From Pecten maximus (taxonomy: Eukaryota): a stretch of 64,000 nucleotides of DNA. How positions within the stretch are numbered: position 1 is the stretch's first letter; the number at the start of each line of letters is the position of its first letter. The stretch spans positions 45,074,001-45,138,000 of the forward strand of contig NC_047019.1 of NCBI RefSeq assembly GCF_902652985.1. Direction: 5' to 3'. The translations under genes and the position numbers were made by a program. Of the stretch, positions 1 to 12,601 are shown piece by piece. The notes below the pieces were generated by a model. It did not search any database and was not told where the DNA came from. It worked only from the letters and a program-made list of their open reading frames with translations.

Positions 1-174
1 AAACAATACCTACAAATATATATCATTGGATTGTATATTGTTTCCCCTCTGCTTTAGTATCTGCCGATACATTATCTTTGATGAGAATGCTGATATTTTG
101 TTGTGCAATGAGTTTAGAAAGACATTGCATGACAGGTAATGGATTAATATTATTGTGTTCCTATAATGTTTCAG

Positions 175-294
175 GCTGCCCTGATCATGCAGGTGTTACA
201 ACTGACAGACCAACAGATAGCCATGCTCCCTCCAGATCAGCGACAGAGTATCCTCATTCTCAAGGACCAAATAGCCAAGAGTGCAAACCCATAG
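175..294 (+). CDS. CSTF2: Terminal coding exon of cleavage stimulation factor subunit 2 (CstF-64); the gene starts upstream of the window
   Basis: After acceptor tttcag (ends 174) the frame reads AALIMQVLQLTDQQIAMLPPDQRQSILILKDQIAKSANP*. This is the highly conserved CstF-64 C-terminal domain (vertebrate form recalled as AALIMQVLQLTADQIAMLPPEQRQSILILKEQI). AATAAA occurs downstream at about 679 and 1379. Not in the ORF track. Confidence 0.93.
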   Translation, partial: AALIMQVLQLTDQQIAMLPPDQRQSILILKDQIAKSANP

Positions 295-1649
295 ACTCTT
301 ATCATTGTTTTCTCTCACACACCGTCATCATCCAGAGTAGGCACAGTCTTGGGCTAAACACCTTTCATATGGATATAGCATTGTATATACAGTATTGAAC
401 GATACATTTATAATATCTGTATCTGTTTAATTGGGGAGATATATGAAACGGTTTAATTTTCAAGAACGTAACGTAAGATTTCATCTTTGTTGGGCTGAAG
501 ACTGTGTCAGAAAAGTTGCAAACTTAAATTTTACACAGTTGATGTATGGAGTATGGAGGAATTGGTGCCTAAATGTGTCCAAAACATGGTCAAAGGTTCA
601 TTGTAGGGGTCACAAAACATGATGATTATTAAACTGTTATTGTTTCATTTGTCCAGAATTTGAATTTCGAATTATTGCAATAAATTACATGTACATATAA
701 CAATCATTGTACAATTCATTATTTGGTTGGAGGTGAAATCATCTTTTTATTTGATGAAAGTATAGTTTGACCAACACATGGGTTACTTGAATGAATCAGA
801 ACAAAAGTTTGTTCTATTTTTAGATTGGTTTCATTGCAATAGCTACATCAACAGAATGACAAATTATACAAACAGAGATTAATTTTGTCATTCAATGTAA
901 ACAATATCGTTATGTGTGGAGATCAGAAAGTTAGGAATGATCATTATTAGTGATTGAAATACTAATAATAATTGTTAAATTTCATGGGGCAAATATTTCG
1001 TGATTGTTCATTTTCACAAGGCTTTCTTGCTTGTTCAATTTCATGAGGTTAACATTTTGTGGTTGTTCGATTTCACGATGTTAACATTTCGTGGTTGTCC
1101 CAGTGGATATTGACTCATCATTTGTGTATAGTTGGGCTGTATTCAGTGACCACGAATATACAGAAAGCAATTTCCCCATGAATATTAACAATTGTATAGT
1201 ATTGTCTTTCATTGTCATGAAAGTTGAGAGTTTTTCTCTCTGTATGAAAATGTGGTGAGTGATATGTAAGGATGAGAGAGCTGTCCATAACTCATCTTTT
1301 GATGTCTGGTTATTAAAGATATATATATTCAACATACATGTTTTAGTCAGTTTGTGTGTCAGATCTGAATACATGTATAATAAAACAAAAAAAATTCAAT
1401 ATGTGTAAGAATTATTTATTGTGTTTTGTAACACTACATATTGGTTAAGTTGAGATATCGGTAGCTGTTTGATACAAGATAGAAATCACATATATTGTGT
1501 ATGCAGTCGTATAAGCTATTGCTACGATGTATTAACTACTCACTAATTTGAAGTCCACCATTATCAGTGTCTCCCAAATTTTGAAGCGGTTTATATGAAA
1601 ATGGATAATGACTGGTTTGAATCAATCACTGTGCTCCATCATTTGGCTT

Positions 1650-2033
1650 CTAGGTACTCTCTTCCTCCAAACCCAACTGGAGGCTCTGGACTGCTCTTTG
1701 CCTTTCCAGCCAGGCCTTTTCACTCCCAGAGCGCTGAGCGTCCTCCACACTGACTGCAGGAAAACCCCTGCACCCAACCTCCACAGGGAAGTTCCATGTT
1801 CGCCATGCCTGCTCCTGACACTCTGCCAACAAGTCTTCATACTTAGCACGCTTCCTCTCATTTGCCTGCACACACCTCTCTTCCCATGGTATGCTCAGTT
1901 CTATCAGTAGTAGCTTCTTTCCCTTAGACCACAGTACAATATCTGGCCTAAGGGAGATCTTGACTATGTTAGTAAAAGATGATATTCCGTGCAGATCCAC
2001 ATCTCTTTTCAAAAAAATTGGCCTGAGAACCAC
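1650..2033 (-). mobile_element. 3' fragment of a non-LTR retrotransposon encoding a restriction-like (PD-(D/E)xK) endonuclease; HERO/R2-group-like
   Basis: Translation LRPDIVLWSKGKKLLLIELSIPWEERCVQANERKRAKYEDLLAECQEQAWRTWNFPVEVGCRGF shows the RPD...IE...PWE...K..KY...VEVG.RG signature of RLE-type LINE C-termini. No reverse transcriptase is present and the tail is frameshifted. Confidence 0.75.
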
Positions 2034-2040
2034 GTAATAT

Positions 2041-2662
2041 AATTTAGCTTTATTGATATTTCTTCAGAAACACTGAAGGGATATTTCTCAAACTTCACAC
2101 ACTGGTTCCCCTTGGTCCGTAGCTGTGCCCATTTCATTTTGAATATGATCAGAAAAAACTAAATGGCTGACAGACAGCCATCTTGGATTTTGCAAGTTGC
2201 AGTTTGTTATCCCAAAGAGCAGGTGACATAGGTATCTCCAAGTCTGCATTGGTGTCATTGTCCACACACAGATTTCCTTGTGATAACTCAAGTTTCCTTG
2301 GGCCAATCAAACTCAAACTTCATGCATACAGTATCTTACTTAGCAAAATTACTTGCTTGGAATTGCTTTTCAGGTCCAAATGTAGGTCCTTGGAATTGCT
2401 TTTCATGTTCGAAGGTCAAGGTCACTCATTAAAAATATATGTATATATATTTTCCTTGCGATAACATCTAAAGTTCCTTTGAGCCCGTCAAACTGTATTT
2501 CATGCAGTTTTTACTTACCAAAAGTGTTTGCATGGGATTATTTTTGGCTCATTCAAAGGTCAAAGTCACTTACTATAAATAGAAAATCTGTTTTCATGAA
2601 ATAACTCATAATCACCTAACTTTCTGCGCAGGCGACATGCCCACTTCCGTGGAATTCTTGTC
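2041..2662. mobile_element. Fragment of a dispersed non-autonomous DNA element (Helentron/HINE-like, AAGGTCAAGGTCA-type)
   Basis: Contains motifs typical of mollusc interspersed repeats (tcaaacttcacac, gccatcttggattt, aaggtcaaggtcac) and ends ...ccgtggaattcttgt. Motif content resembles 30130-30875. The family assignment is from pattern memory only. Confidence 0.35.
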
Positions 2663-2799
2663 TTGAGACGTGCACATACAGGTTACCATTGGTCCCTTTT
2701 TGTGACCATTCAATTTTGAGTGTGATCGCTACAAAAATAAAATGGCGTAAGTTTTTGTTAGCGGAAGTTTGCACAAAATGTTTTTAAGTTTGAGAAAAA

Positions 2800-3495
2800 A
2801 TACAGTTTCATACATATTGCTCAAAATAACCATGCCGTTATGGTCACAAGTGTCTATAGCCGGTAGTGCGAGCGCTTGTTTGACCAGATTTTACTTTATC
2901 AAAGCATAAACTTTGATTCCCTTTTGACCTTGAAATGCAAATGAAGGCTGTAAATTATACAATCTAATTAAAATCAAGATGGTCATTCTCACTACATTAC
3001 ATGTAACGTAGTGAGAATGACCATCTAAATTTTAATTAGATTGTAATAACATTTTTGGCCTGTAGGAAGGCATTTCATTCTTCAAAAATGGTCTTATCAT
3101 ACACTATATAGAACTCTGATCATAGCAAGTAGTCCGTCTTGTGGAAAAATAGTTCAACAGCGGAGTTTGAGTTAAAATGTTCAGATTTTTGAAATTAGCC
3201 CCAAACTCCACTATTTAACTATTTGTCTCGAAAGCATTCGTCTTACTGTGCCCAGATGTGTTAATAGTATTTAATATGGGCATTTTTAGTAATTGAAATG
3301 CCTTCCTACATTTCATATTTGTGTAATATAATTCACAGCCGCCATTTGCATCTCAAGGTCAAAAGAAAATCGACGTTTATGCTTTGATAAAATAAAATCT
3401 CGTCAAGCAAGCGCTCGCACTACCTCCTATAGACACTTGCGACCATAGCCGGCATGGTTATTTTGTACAATATGACTGATCCACATGAGCTGTAT
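2800..3495. mobile_element. Foldback/MITE-like element, almost entirely self-complementary
   Basis: About 2820-2957 (aaaataaccatgccg...gcgagcgcttg...ttatcaaagcataaac...ttgaccttgaaatgcaaatg) is the diverged reverse complement of about 3325-3470. An inner pair tgtaggaaggcatttca (3061) / tgaaatgccttcctaca (ends 3310) continues the symmetry. Confidence 0.75.
2958..3045. mobile_element. 88-bp palindromic mini-element nested in the left arm of the foldback element
   Basis: TA-caatctaattaaaat...gatggtcattctcactac-attacatgtaac-gtagtgagaatgaccatc...attttaattagattg-TA is a near-perfect palindrome. It is absent from the opposite arm and is flanked by TA. Confidence 0.7.
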
Positions 3496-4334
3496 TTGTT
3501 CTCCTGAAACAGGCTTTCCATGTCTGTTTTGCCGAAATCTGTATAAATATCACTTGATTTACTATGTTAGTATTTACATGAACCTTAAAGCAGGCCCAGT
3601 TCGTGTTAATATTGGAGTTTCAATATCTCTTTGGTATGATACAATTTAGGACAGTGGTGTCCTGTAGCAGTGATGTGATGGTGTGTTCCTAAACCCCGCC
3701 CATGTACAATACATTTGGAGCACCAGTAGTATCCAGTATTCAAATGGATTACATTCAAATAATGTGATTGAGGAAAGTGATTATAGTGTAATTCTGGGAT
3801 TATGCATGTGCCTTTCGGATGATGAACCAAATCACACAATTAAAGTGTGATAAAGCATATGTTCAACACCACATCTAAAATGTTTTCAACAAAGGTCTAT
3901 CATAGCTATATTTATGGGATTATATACGAATCAATCAACGGATATAATATCAAAGGAATTTGGTGTCATAAATTGTGGAAAAAAGCGCCATTCAACTGCA
4001 ACTACACAATGTTATTGCCAAAATTACGAATCCAAAGAAAATACAATTATGCTGGGAATATGTCTCTCAGTGTTAAGATATGTACATACATATCTATTTT
4101 CCATGTAAAAAGAGCATTCCGTGATTCATACCTGCTATTATAGGAAAATTATAATGCATGAGAAATCAATTATGGGAACATTTAATAGCGAATAAACTTT
4201 TAAGAATGTTGATATTTAAACCTTGTTACACTTAAGAGATGTTTATTTTCACATGTATTGCTTGTTTACACGTAATCCCGTTGTTGATATAACTGTTTTC
4301 ATTTGTCTAGCATTGCCATGTGCTCCTTTAAAAT

Positions 4335-4676
4335 CTTACCCGTATCTGTCCAATAAGTTACCCGTATCTATCCAATAAGGTATCTGTAACCGTCAAATAA
4401 GTTACCCGTAACTTTCCAATAATGTATCTGTCCAATAAGTTACCCGTATCTATCCAATAAGTTACCCGTATCTGTCCAATAAGTTACCCGTATCTGTCCA
4501 ATAAGTTAACCGTATCTGTCCAATAAGTTACCCGTATCTATCCAATAAGGTATCTGTAACCGTCCAACAAGTTACCCGTAACTTTCCAATAAGGTACTGC
4601 AACCGTCAAATAAGTTATCCGTAACTGTCAAATAATGTGTTACCGTCCAATAAGTTACCCGTATCTGTCCAATAAA
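4335..4676. repeat. 22-bp minisatellite (AAGTTACCCGTATCTGTCCAAT)n
   Basis: About 15 degenerate tandem units, roughly 340 bp upstream of the first C1q gene. Confidence 0.9.
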
Positions 4677-5015
4677 TTATTCTTGATATAGAATCTAGTA
4701 GTTTTAATACTCATTGCTGTTGGCCCGGAAGGAAGTGCACGATGGATCTTACACGTCATTGTGATTTGACTGCTTTTGAAAGAGTCAATGCCACTTTTTA
4801 TCCGACGGGCGTTAATTATTCCATCCCATGGTACTCTTGCTTGCTAATACATTTTGTCACACACGTTGTTTCACTCTACAGAGCGATCTGGAGACCTATA
4901 ATCAACTACTAGTTATTATATTTTTGTCTGTCTTCATTGTTGTCTATTCCGTAAGTAGTACACGTTAACCTGATAGTACTGATAAGCTTGCCACCTTGTA
5001 AAGACATTAATCAAT

Positions 5016-6429
5016 ATGGCGTCAAAGTACCTAGTGTTTCTATTGCTGTTGGTACAAGTAGTTGGTACACTAGCTGTCCCGGATAATGAGGATTCCATCG
5101 AAATGCGATTTCGAAAAATGGAGAGAGACTTTTCTCTGTCCATAAAAACTCTTAAATCCGAGCTGAAAGACACTCAAGACAAACTGAGATACGCTCAGGC
5201 GGAAATTGAGTGGACGAAGTCGACAGTGAAAGCTGTGAACTTAGAGTTGTTAGCCACTCGAACCGATCTAAAGGAGACTCGCATTGGACTACAACAGACG
5301 CAGACAGAATTGCAGAAGACTCGGGCAGAACTGTTCGCCACAAAGTCGGAATTTGTTAAAACACATTCTATGACTGAGAAAAACAGTGCTGAAGACGGAA
5401 AAGATATTCCAGGATATGAATCACATAGAATCAGTGAACATGGCAAGCAACACACTGCTTCAAATTCTCCTGAACGTTTATCCTTGGCACCTGAACCGCA
5501 GTCAACTTGGCGTCGTATAGCTAAACAACCGAATAGTTTGGCGACACGAGGTAAATGATGTATGTAATGTTAAGCACACTCATGACACCATAAATGTCGT
5601 TATAATGTCCATCCCGTCTCGCCCATTTCTGTTTCACGTGCTACACCTGATCACGTTCTTGTGGTCGTTTGGTTTCAAGATTTAAGTCACCTTTGACCCC
5701 TTCAGCGCGGACACATTTTTTCGGAATTAAAGTCATACCTTAAAACCCTTCAACAGATTTGGTTTATATTTACGTTCACATTTGACCCCTTCTGCACGCG
5801 ATACGTTTTACGAATCAATGTCATACCTGTAGAACCCTTCAACAAAGTTTTCATCCATCACAGCTGGCCATTCCGTTATGCCTACGCGAAGGAAGAGGCT
5901 ATACCTGTGGTTAAATCCTTCGTCTCTGGTCAAACAACAGACTAAGAATCTGTGATCAGTAAACCCTTCCATTTTCATTCATTTAGTGTTCTATATTGCA
6001 GGTCGCCGTGTGTCAGACGTGAACATGAAGAAAGCATTTTCCGCCCAGACGTCCCATCATGAAAACTCGCTTGTAACTCATCAGACAGTCCTCTTTCCTC
6101 ACGTCATCCTTAACGAAGGGTCAGCCTACGACAACCTGACGGGAGTGTTTACCTGTCCGGAGGCCGGCATCTATCACTTCTCGGTCACTATCATGGTATT
6201 TCGCAACGACGAAATTGAAACAGAACTGGTTGTCAATGGTAACCAGGTAATGTTTAACTATGCCGGCGGGAACCAGCGACACAACCAGGGAACTAACGCA
6301 GTCTTATTACATTTGGATATCGGAGATCGGGTTTGGGTTCGAATACTGGAGAACCCGGTTGTGAACCCGGATGGTGCCATGCGTATCCATGGATATGGTT
6401 GGTCAACGTTCACAGGCTTTATGATATAA
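5016..6429 (+). CDS. Secreted C1q-domain-containing protein 1 (signal peptide + coiled coil + globular C1q), 320 aa
   Basis: Exon 1 5016-5550 (donor G|gtaaat), exon 2 6002-6429 (acceptor ttgcag), phase 1, 963 nt. Hydrophobic N-terminus and heptad-rich coiled coil. C1q motifs AFSA, FPHVILNEGSAYDNLTGVFTCPEAGIYHFSV, LHLDIGDRVWVRI, STFTGFMI. AATAAA at about 6475. Confidence 0.93.
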
Positions 6430-7472
6430 TGTTCGTTAAATCGTACTTTGGAATGATTTTGTGAGATCACACAAAATAAATGACATTTTTATGTTTTATC
6501 TTTTTTGATTTAGTCTGTCTGTTTATCCGGACGAAGGGCCGAGATCGACATAGGTGTAATATATTTTTTTTCTGTATCCTCCTGTGAATGCAGATACATA
6601 TGACAATATAGTCGGGAGCTATGCTGGTCTGTGACACCAACAAAACGACAGACCAACGTAATAAACTATAAAGGGGAGATAGCTGTTTCTGTTATTCAAA
6701 AAATCTAATATTCAAATATTCAAATTTCCATGTTTTGGTGGAATAGAAACACCCCCAAAATTCAAATTCTTACCGGTAGGTAAAGTTTCTAAACTAAAAA
6801 TGGATTATCCATCTTTCCATTAAACATTTTCAAAGAATTGTGACATTTTTGTTATTCTTATTTTAAAATAATACCTTAAAATGCATAATTTCTCAAAAAA
6901 AATCTAGATATATTTTTTTGCAGCAAAGAGAGGCATGGATCACTCATGTCAGTTTTCATGACAGTGGAATATTATATACTGCTCATGTCGTACCCCCTTA
7001 ATGATCGGTCGGATACAAATTACTATATCCTGACCTAGGCCACGGACAGCGATAGTCTGGGCTTAAAATACAGGTAAAATATCATGTGACCACAGTGATT
7101 CCCACATTACCAAAATAGATTGTCATGGTCCATTAGCGCGCTGTGTGTTGTAAACGGATTATGTAGTCAATCAATACCACATGAAATAAAGTTAAATTGA
7201 CACGTTAAACAGGAAGTTTACACTACTCATCCATTTATGCATGTGGTCGACGCTGCAGCTCATTTACATTTTACTTTGAATGATATGGAGTAAATCGGTT
7301 ATGATTTCACTCTTTTTTTTATCCAAGTGAAAATTAACTAACTTAAAACTAAATATTTTATATTAAATATGCATTTAATGTTGAAAAAAAAATCTTTTAA
7401 ATATGACCCAAGAAAAATATTATTATGGTATTATTCTTAAAAACATAACAAAATATGACTATGATACATCTT

Positions 7473-7535
7473 GGTGATTCGAACTTGGAACCTTCGGGTT
7501 GCTAAGCGATGGTTCTACCATATATGAGCTATGCG
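7473..7535 (-). pseudogene. Degenerate tRNA-like sequence (tRNA pseudogene or SINE-head remnant)
   Basis: Reverse complement reads ...tagctcatatatggtagaaccatcgcttagcaacccgaaggttccaagttcgaatcacc, with an A-box-like TAGCTCA..TGGTAGA and a B-box GTTCGAATC at tRNA spacing. The stems pair poorly. Confidence 0.4.
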
Positions 7536-7999
7536 GACTTACGGAATGCTAAGCTCATGTTATCAATTATAGTCAGTCTGGTTAATGCGAAAATTGAAAT
7601 ATTTTATCAACTATGTTTTTTCAATTTTTTGATACCAGCGCATCGGAGGACCACTTTTTAAGAATAGGATTTTAGTTGTCTTTTGGTACATAGAATAAAA
7701 CAAGACATTGTAAAAGTTGGTCTTCCGATGCGCACTATGTCAAAAATGATATGAATGCGGGAAAAGCCCCCTCGGAAGTTGCAAATAGCCCGAAGATGCA
7801 ACTTTACGGTCATTTAATGAAATATCCATTACAATGAACAAACACATTTTTCGCAAATAAATTTTTTTATATGTTATAGACTTAAGGTTTGTATTCAAAA
7901 ACTCAGTTTTTAACAATAATTTTTTTATATTGAAAACGGTCACCATTAGGTCGAAACAGGCCAATATGCGCCATACCTCTTTCATCTTCTATAGGTGAC

Positions 8000-8530
8000 G
8001 AAGATATTTGGATGCAATAATTCGCGCAATAAATCGCTCAATTCACCCAAAAGGATGTTGATAGAGTATGTATAGATGCGAAAACGGACCATCCTCGATC
8101 CCAGGTGAAAATATCACTATTACTTTAAATAGATTTAAGCATCAAGCCGCCGATTATGTAAAATACGGGCGTCAGATTGTCCAATGCTTTACAAAGTAAT
8201 AAAAGTTTTCGACTTATATCTTTTACTAAGATGCATTGACTTTGACATAAAAATGACAAGCAACGATTTCCACCGCAAGGTCAAGTTTATGGAGAAGCCC
8301 GCAACAGTTTAAAATCTATATCAATTTGGGGCAAAAGTCTGACACTGCTAGTTTCATTTGTACTGTGAAGCATTAGTTTAATAAATGCTATATAAACTAT
8401 AGAGTATTGTCCTTAGTGAGGTTACTCAAGTTGACCTTCGTACCTAGTCCGTCCGTCATCGCCTCTATCCATACTCACTCAACATCATTTTGGGTGCACT
8501 GAGCGATTTTTTCCGTCCAAATATCTCACC
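8000..8530. repeat. Diverged ~90-bp inverted repeat pair (probable MITE or internal IR of a DNA transposon)
   Basis: 8000-8090 (agatatttgga...aaatcgctcaattcacccaaaaggatgttgatagagtatgtatagatgcga) is the reverse complement of about 8448-8530 (tcgcctctatccatactcactcaacatcattttgggtgcactgagcgattt...tccaaatatct). Confidence 0.6.
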
Positions 8531-9149
8531 ATTGACCAGGAAGTGAATCACTTCTCGTGTATGAAGACTTTTTTTTTGTTCGTTTTTATGTATTGGGATG
8601 CGTAAAACGTTGATATGATATTGGTTTTTCAAACGTGACAGGGGATATATGATTGGAGGGCGTCCAATCAGTTTAGATTTCTATTTGTTCAGTTTTTCTT
8701 CTATTTTCCATTTTATAATAATGTTATCCATTTGTGTTTCTCCGAGCGCCAATTCAATTTGGCTACATAAAACAGTTATTTTTGTTTGCTTATTTCAGGA
8801 ATAAAAATGTCATGAAAATAAGGATTTAGGTTTAAACTGATTTTTATTAATCGGTAGGATTTGTTATCATGGTTATAATGATTTTGATTTAACAATAATT
8901 ATTCTTCTCGCAGCATTTGTTTATCTTACTCATTTGATACAAGAATCCATGTCTGTGGCATCCGACGGACACATATTCGTCCGTCTCTCATTCCTCCTGT
9001 GTTTACATTTCATTAGAACTATCAGTAAGTCTATTTTTGTCTGACCCTGTTGTTGACTTGGTCAAGTCTCTAAGATGTACATGTCCAGAAAGTGGAACAC
9101 GTGAATACTGATAACCTCTCACTGATAAGGTTTTGAAGCATCGGTCAAT

Positions 9150-11386
9150 ATGGCGTCAAAGTACCTAGCGTTTATATTGCTGTTTGTACACATAGTCGGT
9201 ACACTAGCTGTCCCGGATAATGAGGATTCCATCGAAATGCGATTCCGAAAAATGGAGAGAGACTTTTCTCTGTCCATAAAAACTCTTAAATCCGAGCTGA
9301 AAGACACTCAAGATAAACTGAGATACGCTCAGGCGGAAATTGAGTGGACGAAGTCGACAGTGAAAGCTGTGAACTTAGAGTTGTTAGCCACTCGAACCGA
9401 TCTAAAGGAGACTCGCATTGGACTACAACAGACGCAGTCAGAATTGCAGAAGACTAGGGCAGAACTGTTCGCCACAAAGTCGGAATTTGATAAAACACAT
9501 TCCACGACTGATCAAATCGATGGCAGGTTTGAATCAGAAATTCCAGGATCAGAGGAACCTAGAACTGGTCAACAAGGCAAACAAGACACGAAGACACATT
9601 TTCCAGAACGAAAAATGTTGAAGCCTGAACCGCAGTCAACTTGGCGTCGTATAACCAAGCAATTTAAACGTTTGACGACACGAAGTAAGTTGAAGCTACG
9701 TCGGAACAGGTGACCTTTGTTGACCCTCATGATATCATTCTTTCTGTAGTATGACAAATCATTAATGAGCTATAATGTCAATCTTGTCTTTTTAAGTGTT
9801 TTTATTTATTGTTGATGTATATCTTTATTGCTACTAGAATATTGTCCTTCGAGACTTTTTAATAAATCGAAATATATCAATTACAATCACTTTAAAAGAA
9901 ATTAAGAACGCGGTTATATAGGTCTGATGTGTAAGTTTTAACAAAAGCAATCGCCGAAAGAATAACCGGCGGCATGCTGTTCAATATCTTCTTGGTGGAC
10001 ATTTGCCTACTGTATAAGTAATACTTGTATTGAGTACTGTTTTCCCTATACATAACAGGTAAAATCTCCGTTCACATTGGGTCGGTTGATCTATGAGCTT
10101 ATGCTTAAAATGGCTCGACGTCCGTTATCCATCGTCATCAGAGTTTCCTAAGATGCATTACTTGTCATCTAAGACTCAGCTCAGTGAATTTTGACCATAT
10201 TTGGTCTGAGGCTGTAACGTTGAAAATGGACCTCCGTTGAATATTGACCCTTGGTCAGTTTTCAATGTTGATTATGGACCCTGAGTGTCGTTGAAAAATG
10301 GGTCCTGTTGTTGAATAATGACAGCATAAAATGTACAACACAAGCTTCACCGATCTACTCCATTTGACAGACATGGTGTCTTTGATCGCCTCTCTCCCTG
10401 TAGGTGCCCTCTCCTGAGTACGTATTGGGATGACATAAGCTTCCAATACATCGTCCTATAGTAATGTCTTGTCCGACCGTCCACATATTTTGTTCTGACG
10501 GATAATTTTGATATCGTTCAGGCACACTCTCAGGCCGTAGGATATTCGGACTTGGTTGGTTAATACGGGAGTTTCGAGATAGTGAAAATGACGTAAAATT
10601 ACACGGTCTGAGTACGATATTCCCACCAACTCATCGCTTGACCTTGAACTTTGATCTAGTGCCCTTGAGATTTGGTGTGTTCGAATCGGCCATATTAATT
10701 GAGTCGACAGGGCGGGTTTATTTACGAAATGGTAAACCATTTGTAATAGGGTCAGTTTTCAACGGGGTCCATATTTCACGGGTCAGAGTTAGGAATGCGG
10801 CGATGGTTCAATTTTCAACAATATTCAAGGTCAATATTCAACGTTAAAAACCTACCCCGGGTCAGTTTTCAACGAGGGTCCATTTTCAATGTTACAAAGC
10901 CGTCCTTAAATGACCTATCAATAGAATGTCAATTTACATTGAATGTTGTATAATGCAGGTCGCCGTGTATCTGGCGAACACCTGGAAAAAGCATTTTCTG
11001 CTCAGGCGTCCAATCATGAAAACTCGCTTGTAACTCATCAGACAGTCCTCTTTCCTCGCGTCATCCTTAACGAAGGGTCAGTCTACGACAACCTGACGGG
11101 AGTGTTTACCTGTCCGCAGTCCGGCGTCTATCACTTCTCGGTCACCATTATGGCATTTCGCAACGACGAAGTTGAAACAGAACTGGTTGTCAATGGTAAC
11201 CAGGTAATGGTGAACTATGCCGCCGGGAACCAGCGACACAACCAGGGTACTAACACAGTCTTATTACGTTTGGATATCGGAGATCGGGTTTGGGTTCGAA
11301 TAAATAAGAACCCGTCCATCAACACGGATGGTGCCATACGTATCTATGGACAATCCTGGTCAACGTTCACCGGCTTTATGATATAA
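9150..11386 (+). CDS. Secreted C1q-domain-containing protein 2, 320 aa
   Basis: Exon 1 9150-9684 (A|gtaagt), exon 2 10959-11386 (atgcag|), phase 1. Exon lengths (535+428 nt) are the same as in paralogue 1, and all C1q motifs are intact. Confidence 0.93.
10210..10901. mobile_element. MITE with ~40-bp terminal inverted repeats, in the intron of C1q gene 2
   Basis: Left end ggctgtaacgttgaaaatggacctccgttgaatattgacc; right end ggtcagttttcaacgagggtccattttcaatgttacaaagcc. Subterminal repeats of (c)gttgaaaa/ttttcaac(g). No clear target-site duplication. Confidence 0.7.
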
Positions 11387-12601
11387 TGTCTATAGTGGAA
11401 TGTTTTTATCACATAAATAAAGTTCACTTTCTGATTTATTTCGGTGTTATTTGTGTGAATACATTTATGATGTTAAATATTTCCATATAAAAAGATTGAT
11501 GATATTTCTTTACAGATACAATTGGCGCCCAGCACATACAGTGATAACTATATACTCCCTTACTAAAAAAGGGGACATAAATATAAATTTAACTGGATAA
11601 CATTGAACGAGTGAAAGGAGTATAGGACGAGATGTTCCAGAACGTTAAGCATATGTTGTCGCACCCCCATTTATGTAAATCTAAGTTAAAACAAGGCAAT
11701 GTCCTCAAAATGAGTATCAGGGTGATGGAACACCGAATGTATTTTCATATCGCTCTAGACAATCGAATTAGTATGATTCAGATATATGCTAACCTATATT
11801 GTGTGTTTTTTTCTACAATCTTGTCACAAAGTTTATCATTACCCGTTTGTCACGTTTTATTTCATGTGAACTTAATGCTCCTCTGAAATCCAATATTGGA
11901 AAATACGACATTTATTGAAATTACATATCTGTATGGGTTTTGTGTACCTCCGAATCCAGATTTTTGACGAGCTGTTTTGATTGCCTCTTATCACTTTAGA
12001 TACTTAGCAACACTTACGAGTCCTATGTGTAAAAACAGCTGTATTATAGAGCACACTTAATTTTACTACTGTAACCAACTCTCAGTTTATTCCAAAAGGA
12101 GCTAATATCCTGTGTCTTTAGTACAATCCTTCCTATTGTTTTTATCAAAGACAGTGGCCCCTAAAACAATTAACTATGCCAGGAGAAAAGCAAAGGATGC
12201 GGAAGCAGGGATAGGGATGGTACTTTTCCTTATATCTTATTTTTATTTCTGTATTCATGGCATTTACAGGCCGTATATATTACCCAATTTAAATTTGATA
12301 AACAAAATATACGATGTATCACAGTTTTGTGAACCAGCTATGGAACTAAATACTAGTGGGCGCATTACCCAAATAGTCATTTTCCAAATGTTTGCCCCAA
12401 GCCTCCCGAAGTTTCTGCCAGTTTTCACTCTTCCTCTCTGTCACCATCACGATCACACCCTTTTAGTTATAACTACATCTACTGTATTATTATCTGTTAT
12501 CTTGTCCGTCTCTGATGCTTTGATCTAGTGACGCCGATGTACATGAAAGTGGCACACTGATAATCTCTCACTGATAAGATAGTCCCTTAGATACCGTCAA
12601 G

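Noticed and set aside
78-398. 106-aa ORF from the track
   Set aside because: Wrong frame. The conserved CSTF2 exon (175-294) lies in a different frame.
6668-6981. Possible MITE (aagggg...cccctta ends)
   Set aside because: Terminal complementarity is too short to support.
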